From: Sandaracinaceae bacterium
GTDB taxonomy: Bacteria; Myxococcota_A; Polyangia; Polyangiales; Sandaracinaceae
NCBI GenBank assembly: GCA_044220955.1
Contig: JBGAQA010000002.1
Span: forward strand, 96,001 to 160,000
Reading direction: 5' to 3'
DNA: 64,000 bases
Of this stretch, positions 57,385-64,000 are shown in pieces. Position 1 is the stretch's first letter. The number at the start of each line of letters is the position of its first letter. The notes below the pieces were generated by a model. It worked only from the letters and a program-made list of their open reading frames with translations, did no database searches and was not told the DNA's origin. The position numbers and the translations under genes are program-made.

Positions 57385-59622
57385 ATGAAGACCGGCACGT
57401 CGACCCTGGTGATCCTCGCGCACCTGCTCCTCTGGGGCGTCCCCTCGCTCGCGCTCGCGCAGACCTTCGCTGGCACGGTGCTCGACCCGACCGACGCGCC
57501 GATCGGGGGCGCGGCCGTCGTCGTCAACCACGCCGATCGCGGCACGACGGACGGGGCGGGCGCGTTCTCCATCGTCTCGCCGCGCGTCCCCTTCGCCGAC
57601 GACGTGATCGCGACCCGCGCCGGCTGGCTGAGCGTGCTCGTCCAGGTCCCGGCGGCGGCCGACCCGAGCGCGCTGACGATTCACCTCGAGAGCTACCCGT
57701 CCGACCCCGCCACCTTCGCCCCGGAGCCGCCCGCCACCTGCACCGAGTGTCACGGCGCGTACGGTCGCGGATGGGGCGGGCGACCGCTGGTCGGCGGCTT
57801 CCAGCGATCAGCTCACGCCGTGAGCGCGCTGAGCCCGCGCGTGCTCGACATCTGGCGCGGCACGGCGTCGGGGCGCGCCGACCCGGTCCTCTGCGCGGAG
57901 GTCGGCGGTCGCTGGAGCGCGGTGCTCGACGCGAGCGGCGCCACGGTCGAGCGCTGCCACGTGGGCGTGGGTCTGCTGCCGGACCTCAACGCGCAGTGCG
58001 GCCACCCCGGTCAGCCCGAGTGCGACGACCATGGGGCGCCTGCGGGCGCGCGGCCCACCGTGCTCAGCGACTGCGCCGGCTGCCACACGCCGGGCGCCGC
58101 GCTGCGGCTGCCGGCCGAGCTCGACCTCGACGCGGCCGAGGCCGACCCCGTCGCGTCGTCCGTCACGTGCGCGGGCTGTCATCGCATCACCGAGGTGCTC
58201 GACCCCAACGCGCCGGGCGTGCTCGTGGGCGCGCGCGCCGTGCGCGGGCATCCACCCGATGGCGACCCGGTCGGTCTCGGACCGCTCGACGACGCGGCGA
58301 CCCAGGGGATGGCGGCGGGCTTCGCGCCCCTCTTCGCGACCAGCACGCTCTGCGCGCCGTGCCACCAGGACACGTACCACGCGGCCGGGATGAACCCACG
58401 CTGGGAGCCGGGCGGAGTGCCGAGCGAGCAGACCTACGCCGAGTGGCTCGAGACCCCCTACGCGTCGGGCGCGCGCGAGCGCACGTGCCAGGGCTGCCAC
58501 ATGCCCGCGCTCGAGGATCTCGGCGTCGTCGTCTCGGGCGACCTGCTGATCGGCACCGACGGCCCCGTACGCCTCCCCGCCGAGGTGCATGCCCACGACT
58601 TCTCTCCGCGGACCGACGCCGCCGCGCGCGCCGCCTCGCTCGCGCTGGCCGTCACCGCGACGGCGAGCGGCGCCGAGATCGTGGTCGACGCCTCGCTCAC
58701 CAACGTCGGGGTAGGCCACGGGTGGCCCTCCGGCGTCACCTCGCGCAACGGGCTGCTCGTCGTGACCGCCGAGATCGACGGCATGGAGCTGGCCCCCACG
58801 TCGGGCGACACGCTTCCGCTCTACGCCGGCAGCTACGCCCACGGCACCGTCGCGGCCGTGGCGGGCTCCACGGTCACGCTCGACCACGCGGTCGACGCGA
58901 GCATGGTCGGACGCGAGCTCAGGCTGTGGAGCGACACCAGCGAGCCGCACGAGCACACCAGCTGGAGCGTGCTCAGGACGCTGCCGCTCGCCGAGCGCGG
59001 CCTGTTCCGGACCCGCGCCATCGGCCGTCACCGCATCCTGGCGGTGCGCGGCGCCGACGTCGACGTCGAGGGCGCGCCGCCCGCGGCCGACGGAGCGCAC
59101 TGGGCGATCGGCGACGAGACGCGGCTCGCGGGCGCGCCAGGCCTGGGGTTCGCCAAGGTCAGCGTCGCCGCGGACGGCACGCCCAACGTGCCGTTCTGGA
59201 TGGCGACCGATCTCGTCTCCGACAACCGGCTCGCGCCCGACGAGACCCAGCGGTCCCAGCACCACTTCGCGCTCCCCAGCGGCGCGCGCGGCACGGTGGT
59301 CGTGCACGCGCGTCTGCTCTACCGCAAGGCGTTCGCCGACCTCGCGGCGCAGCGCGGGTGGACGGACAACGAGCAGCTCGCCGCCGAGGCGATGACCAGC
59401 GTGGTGCTCGCGACGCCGGACGCCGGCCCGCCGGGCGATGGCGGTGCGCCCGCGGACGGCGGCGTCGGCGTGGACGGCGGCGCCGGGCCCGGCGGGGCGG
59501 GCGGCTGCGGCTGCCGCGCGGGCGGAGCACGCGACCCCGCGACCGGCCTCGCGGTCTCGGCCGTCTTCTGCGTGCTCGTCGCGACCCGGCGACGACGGCG
59601 CGCCGCGCGCCGCGCTCGCTGA
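57385..59622 (+). CDS. Secreted pentaheme cytochrome c with N-terminal beta-sandwich and MYXO-CTERM anchor
   Basis: Five CxxCH (CTECH, CAGCH, CAGCH, CAPCH, CQGCH), GHGWPSG, C-terminal GGCGCRAG, TM, RRRRR. Confidence 0.88.
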   Translation: MKTGTSTLVILAHLLLWGVPSLALAQTFAGTVLDPTDAPIGGAAVVVNHADRGTTDGAGAFSIVSPRVPFADDVIATRAGWLSVLVQVPAAADPSALTIHLESYPSDPATFAPEPPATCTECHGAYGRGWGGRPLVGGFQRSAHAVSALSPRVLDIWRGTASGRADPVLCAEVGGRWSAVLDASGATVERCHVGVGLLPDLNAQCGHPGQPECDDHGAPAGARPTVLSDCAGCHTPGAALRLPAELDLDAAEADPVASSVTCAGCHRITEVLDPNAPGVLVGARAVRGHPPDGDPVGLGPLDDAATQGMAAGFAPLFATSTLCAPCHQDTYHAAGMNPRWEPGGVPSEQTYAEWLETPYASGARERTCQGCHMPALEDLGVVVSGDLLIGTDGPVRLPAEVHAHDFSPRTDAAARAASLALAVTATASGAEIVVDASLTNVGVGHGWPSGVTSRNGLLVVTAEIDGMELAPTSGDTLPLYAGSYAHGTVAAVAGSTVTLDHAVDASMVGRELRLWSDTSEPHEHTSWSVLRTLPLAERGLFRTRAIGRHRILAVRGADVDVEGAPPAADGAHWAIGDETRLAGAPGLGFAKVSVAADGTPNVPFWMATDLVSDNRLAPDETQRSQHHFALPSGARGTVVVHARLLYRKAFADLAAQRGWTDNEQLAAEAMTSVVLATPDAGPPGDGGAPADGGVGVDGGAGPGGAGGCGCRAGGARDPATGLAVSAVFCVLVATRRRRRAARRAR

Positions 59623-59664
59623 TCGGGAGCGCTCGGAGGCTCGGGCGTCGCGTATCCTCGATCG

Positions 59665-60255
59665 GTGATGCGACCTCGCTTCTTCCCGACGGGAGACGCC
59701 TTCTATGCGTGGCTCGAGGCGAACCACGCGAAGCGCTCCGAGCTGCTCGTGGGACTGCACAAGCGCGGCACGGGCAAGCCGAGCCTGACGTGGCCGGAGT
59801 CCGTGGACGCGGCGCTCTGCTTCGGGTGGATCGACGGCGTGCGACGCAGCCTCGGCGAGACGTCGTACACGATCCGCTTCACCCCACGGCGGCCGAGGAG
59901 CATCTGGAGCGCCGTGAACGTGGCTCGTGTCGCCGCGCTCGAGGAGTCGGGGCGCATGCGCGAGGCCGGGCGCGCGGCCTTCGCGCTGCGAACGCCGGAG
60001 CGAACCGGCGTGTACTCGTTCGAACGGAGCGCCGAGGCCGCGCTCACGAGCCGAGAGCGGCGCGCGCTGGAAGCGAACCGGAAGGCCGCCGACTACCTCG
60101 AGGCGCAGGCTGCCTGGTACCGCCGCACGGCGCTCCACTGGGTCGTCAGCGCCAAGCGGGAGACGACGCGCGCGGCGCGCCTCGCGCAGCTGATCGAGGC
60201 GTGCGCCGCGGGGCGGCCCATCAAGCCCCTCGATCGGCGGAAGGCGAAGCGCTGA
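59665..60255 (+). CDS. YdeI/OmpD-associated family protein
   Basis: WLEANH, ALCFGWIDG, RFTPRRPRSIWSAVN, SAKRETTR. Confidence 0.92.
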   Translation: MMRPRFFPTGDAFYAWLEANHAKRSELLVGLHKRGTGKPSLTWPESVDAALCFGWIDGVRRSLGETSYTIRFTPRRPRSIWSAVNVARVAALEESGRMREAGRAAFALRTPERTGVYSFERSAEAALTSRERRALEANRKAADYLEAQAAWYRRTALHWVVSAKRETTRAARLAQLIEACAAGRPIKPLDRRKAKR

Positions 60256-60267
60256 GCCGCCGCCCGC

Positions 60268-60600
60268 TCAGGCGCGGCGCATCGACGGGTGGCTCATCCG
60301 CGGCGCGCCCGCCTGCACGCGCGCGATGTCCATCCTGGCCTGCTCGATCAGGTTCCGGCACTCGGCGCGTCGCACGTAGAGGAGGTAGGCCTGCGTGGCG
60401 ACGAGGCAAGGCGCTCCCAGGATCGCGAGCACGATCCAGAGCGGCGGCGCCCCCCCGATCATCAGCGGGATCGCGATCAGGACGATCAGGCCGAGCCAGT
60501 GCTTGCGGCCCCACTGGTGGTCGAGCACGCGCACCTCCTCCTCGAGACGGACGATCTCCGCCTTCAGGAGGCCCACCCGCGGATCGGTCTTCTCCGGCAC
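60268..60600 (-). CDS. Small two-TM membrane protein
   Basis: Coiled-coil N-terminus, then WLGLIVLIAIPLMIGG and LWIVLAILGAPCLV. Confidence 0.65.
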   Translation of the reverse strand: MPEKTDPRVGLLKAEIVRLEEEVRVLDHQWGRKHWLGLIVLIAIPLMIGGAPPLWIVLAILGAPCLVATQAYLLYVRRAECRNLIEQARMDIARVQAGAPRMSHPSMRRA

Positions 60601-60657
60601 GGGGCGTCTGTACTCCTCTTCGCGCGGGGTGCCAGGTACGCTGCGGAGCCCGGACGC

Positions 60658-61107
60658 ATGAAGGATCTCGCCGCGACCATCGACATCGACGCGCCGCGCG
60701 CGCGCGTATGGGCGATCCTCGTCGATCTCGCGCGCTACCCGGAGTGGAACCCGTTCACGCCGCGGATCGAGGCGACGCTGAACATCGGGGACCCGGTGAT
60801 CCTCCACGTCCGCATGAAGCCGGGCCAGAAGACGATGCGACAGCCCGAGGTGATGACGTCGTACGTCGAGGGGCAGGAGCTCGGCTGGGGGACCACGATG
60901 GGCCTTCCCGTCCTGCTGCGCGCCAACCGCACGCAGAAGCTGACCGACCTCGCGGGCGGTCGGACGCGCTACGAGACCGTGGACCGCTTCGAAGGGGTGC
61001 TCGTGCCGCTCGTGATGGCGCTCTACGGTGCGCACGTGCAGCGCGGGTTCGACGAGACCGCGAGTGCGCTCAAGGCGCGCGCGGAGCGCTCGCCCTCGCT
61101 CCCGTGA
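60658..61107 (+). CDS. SRPBCC/polyketide-cyclase-like protein
   Basis: IDIDAPRARVWAILVDLARYPEWNPF...ALKARAE. Confidence 0.9.
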   Translation: MKDLAATIDIDAPRARVWAILVDLARYPEWNPFTPRIEATLNIGDPVILHVRMKPGQKTMRQPEVMTSYVEGQELGWGTTMGLPVLLRANRTQKLTDLAGGRTRYETVDRFEGVLVPLVMALYGAHVQRGFDETASALKARAERSPSLP

Positions 61108-62533
61108 CGCCCGCAGCCGCGAGTGCCTCCCGGAACGCGCTCGCGCCGATCTCGCCCGCGGCGAGCTTGCGCACGATGGCCTCGGGCTCGATCGAGCGGC
61201 CGTCCTTGGTCGCGCGCGTCTCCGCGCCCGGCGGCGCATCGACGTGGAAGCCGAGGTCGGCGAGGGCGACCGCGAGGCGACAGCCGAGCAGGTCGCAGAC
61301 CCGCTTGCGCTTCGCGGCGGGCGAGAGCAGCGAGATGCCCTGCTGGGGCGCCTCGAGCGACTCCCAGCGCGCGATCAGGTCGGGGATGGATGCGATCTGC
61401 GCGCTGGCGATCTTCGGCTCGGTGCGCAGCCGCGCGCGCCACATCGCCACCCACGTGTCCCCGATCGCGTCCCAGCGCACCGCGGTGAGCGGCGGATGCC
61501 CGGGCATGAGCACGACGTCGAGCGCGTCCTTCTCGGCCCGCTCGACCGAGTCGAGCAGATCGAGGGCGCTCGCCGAGGGTGGCGGGCGCGTGACGCGCGC
61601 CGACTCGAGCGACGCGAGGCGCTCGACGAGCGGCGGGTGCGTGTCGCTCTCGCCGGGCTCGTGGTCGGTGGCGCGCGCGATCGCCTCCTGCACGTCGGGA
61701 CGCAGCACGGGCTGCGCCAGGAAGTGGCGGAAGCCGTCGAGCAGCGGCGGCCGGTGCCCCGTGTTGAGCAGCGGCACGACCTCGCCTTGGAAGTAGGCGC
61801 CCCACCTCGGCGCGAGGCGCTCGACGCCGATCAGCGCCCGGGCCGCGGCGTCCTTGCCGACCACGCGGCCGGCGATCGCGTCGGCGGCGAGCTCCTGATC
61901 GCGCGAGGCCTGGCGCGTGAGGCGGAGGAAGACGCGCGCGTAGAGCGCGAAGGGCAGGTGCAGCAGCATGCTCGCGCCTTCCAGCCGAGCGAGCGCGACC
62001 GCGACCGCCGTCCGCGTCCGGTGGATCCAGGGCCCGAGGTGCAGGTCGCCCGCGTGGTGGTGCCCGAGCTCGTGCGCGATGACGGCGCGCAGCTCGTCCT
62101 CTTCCAGCGCGGAGAGCAGGGGCAGTCCGATCCCGATCATCCGGCGCCCGCCGATGCCGAGGAAGCCGCCGCGACGGGCGGCGAACGCGTTGACGCTCGC
62201 GAGCACGTAGAGCTCGTCGGGCGGTGGCTCACCGACGGCCCGAGCGGTGTCGGCGATGAGCGCGCGCAGCTTGGCGTGCGCGTCCGTCGGGAGCGGCGGC
62301 TCGACCGGCGGACGGCCCCCGCCCATCCGAGGCAAGAGCGCGATCGCCATCCAGACCCCGAACACCCCGCAGACGATCCCCGAGACGTCGACGTGATCGG
62401 CGTAGCGCGTCTGCGCCCAGGGAACCCAGAGCAGGCCGAGCACGAGCGCCGCCCCGAGGGCGTAGAACCCGACGAAGAGCGCGAGCGCGAGCAACGCGCG
62501 CGCGGCGAGCGAGCGCGTGGCTCGCTCGCTCAC
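61070..62533 (-). CDS. M48 (HtpX/Ste24-like) membrane metallopeptidase
   Basis: VNAFA, LRAVIAHELGH, SRDQELAAD, DTHPPLVERL; GTG overlaps the upstream stop. Confidence 0.9.
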   Translation of the reverse strand: MSERATRSLAARALLALALFVGFYALGAALVLGLLWVPWAQTRYADHVDVSGIVCGVFGVWMAIALLPRMGGGRPPVEPPLPTDAHAKLRALIADTARAVGEPPPDELYVLASVNAFAARRGGFLGIGGRRMIGIGLPLLSALEEDELRAVIAHELGHHHAGDLHLGPWIHRTRTAVAVALARLEGASMLLHLPFALYARVFLRLTRQASRDQELAADAIAGRVVGKDAAARALIGVERLAPRWGAYFQGEVVPLLNTGHRPPLLDGFRHFLAQPVLRPDVQEAIARATDHEPGESDTHPPLVERLASLESARVTRPPPSASALDLLDSVERAEKDALDVVLMPGHPPLTAVRWDAIGDTWVAMWRARLRTEPKIASAQIASIPDLIARWESLEAPQQGISLLSPAAKRKRVCDLLGCRLAVALADLGFHVDAPPGAETRATKDGRSIEPEAIVRKLAAGEIGASAFREALAAAGVTGARASAPRAP

Positions 62534-64000
62534 GTGGACGTCGGCTCCTGCGCGGGCCAGCCGCTGAGCGCCCGGGCCGCCCACGAGCCGAGCAGGTCGT
62601 CCTCGGGGACGCGCGAGAGCAGGCGGCTGCGCTCCTCCGGGCTCGTGGTGGCGCGCGCGCGGACGAGCCACGCGCCGGCGCGGACCTCGGGCGGCAGGTC
62701 GGTCAGCTCCTCGCTCTCGGCCCCGGTGCTCACGAACGACTGCAGCGCCCCGGCGAACGCGGGCCCGAGCAACGAGGCCTCGCGCAGCGTCGTGGCCGCG
62801 ACCGAGTCGGGGTCGCGCCGACACGCCTCGCCGTAGAGCAGGAGAAAGAGCGACTGCGGGAGCTGGCGGATGGCAGGCCGCGGGAGCGTCTGCGCGAGGG
62901 CGAGGGCGCGATCGGGATCCATCGACGAGACGAGGTAGAGCTCCGTCAGGTCGCGATCGACCCCCTCGAGCGACGCGAGCTCCGCGCGATCGAGCGGCAG
63001 GCCCGCACCGATCGTCGCGCGCATCCGCGCCCCCGGATCGTCCGTGAAGTCGCCGCGCGAGAGCACGAGGCGCGGGTCCGGGGCCCCACCCGCGAGCGCC
63101 GCGGCCGCGTACGCTCCGGCCAAGAGCGGGGAGAACTGCGGCATCCCGAGCGTGACGCCGTCGATGAGCTCGGCCGCCTCCGCTGCCCGCCCTTCGCGCA
63201 CGAGGCACGCGGCGCGCGGGAGCGCCATCTGCTCGGAGCCCTCCCCCTGCGCGGCGGGGCGGCCCCATACCTCGAGCGCCTCGGCGCATCGATGCACGTC
63301 GTAGAGTGCGTAGCCGTAGGCGCGCAGCACGTACGCGTGCGCGGGGAAGCGCTCCGCCAGCGCGCGGTACGCGTCGAGCACCTCCGGTCCGGCCCGGACG
63401 CGCGCCGCCAGATAGGCGGCATCTCCGGAGGCGGCGTCGGCGCTCGCGCGCGCCTCGTACTCCGCCTGGACCTCGGCGCGGCGGCCGAGCGCGAGCATCG
63501 CGTCCTGATACGACCGGTGCGCCTCCAGGTCGGCGGGCGCGGCGTCGCGCGCAGCGCGCAGCATCGGCAGGACGTCCTCGAAGCCGCCGCCGAGCTGCAG
63601 CACGTACCCGGCCAGCTCGGCCGTCGCCGCTGGGTCCCCGGGCGGGAGCACGGCCGCCACGTGCGTGAGCAGCGCGGAGGCCTCCACGTACTGTCGGCGC
63701 GAGGCGAGCAGCGCGGCGCAGAGCCGGAAGCCGCCGGGCGCGACGTCCGCGTGCGTCCGCGTCTCGGTGCCGTAGCGGGAGTCCAGCTGGAGCGTGCTCG
63801 GCGGATCGACGAAGGGATAGTCGACCGACCCCCAGTGCACGTCCCCGCGGCCGCACGCGAGCTCGGGGTCGGGCGGCGTCGGCGGCTGGTAGAGCGACGA
63901 GCCGTACACGACGTCCTCCCGATAGAGAGGTGCAGCCCCGAGCACGTTCCACGCGAGCACGTCCTCGCCGGCGCGTGCCTCGAGCGTGCCGGTCTCGATC
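62530..64000 (-). CDS. TPR-repeat protein (5' end outside the window)
   Basis: LEAHRSYQDAM, DAAYLAARV, VLRAYGYALY...EALEVW; frame open to the window edge. Confidence 0.75.
   Translation of the reverse strand, partial: IETGTLEARAGEDVLAWNVLGAAPLYREDVVYGSSLYQPPTPPDPELACGRGDVHWGSVDYPFVDPPSTLQLDSRYGTETRTHADVAPGGFRLCAALLASRRQYVEASALLTHVAAVLPPGDPAATAELAGYVLQLGGGFEDVLPMLRAARDAAPADLEAHRSYQDAMLALGRRAEVQAEYEARASADAASGDAAYLAARVRAGPEVLDAYRALAERFPAHAYVLRAYGYALYDVHRCAEALEVWGRPAAQGEGSEQMALPRAACLVREGRAAEAAELIDGVTLGMPQFSPLLAGAYAAAALAGGAPDPRLVLSRGDFTDDPGARMRATIGAGLPLDRAELASLEGVDRDLTELYLVSSMDPDRALALAQTLPRPAIRQLPQSLFLLLYGEACRRDPDSVAATTLREASLLGPAFAGALQSFVSTGAESEELTDLPPEVRAGAWLVRARATTSPEERSRLLSRVPEDDLLGSWAARALSGWPAQEPTST

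Overview
Very GC-rich bacterial DNA, most likely a myxobacterium (Myxococcota, Polyangia/Sandaracinaceae-like). The assignment is inferred from MYXO-CTERM-type tails, Cys-rich myxobacterial repeats and GltG-/CglD-like proteins. The window holds about 50 densely packed genes. Housekeeping genes (tamB-like, add, glgA, lipA, tdk, hutH, rsmB-like, rseP, ftsQ-like) are interleaved with many secreted or surface Cys-rich proteins: a VWA + MopE-type repeat protein, a fibro-slime protein, an RCC1 protein and a pentaheme cytochrome c. There is also a VapBC-type toxin-antitoxin pair, a sigma-54 activator paired with a degenerate REC-GGDEF protein, and two orphan pilins. Signals not captured by the ORF track: a 56-aa Flp/Tad pilin; a partial gene at the left edge; a 74-bp diverged direct repeat bracketing a gene upstream of rseP; a BoxC/REP-like double palindrome; two tracts of the same hexamer repeat; two identically spaced ECF-type promoter motifs; and at least ten genes with a TAnnnT hexamer 6-7 nt before the start codon, suggesting widespread leaderless transcription. 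I saw no rRNA, tRNA, CRISPR array, transposase or integrase. All family assignments come from motif recognition by eye, with no database searches.
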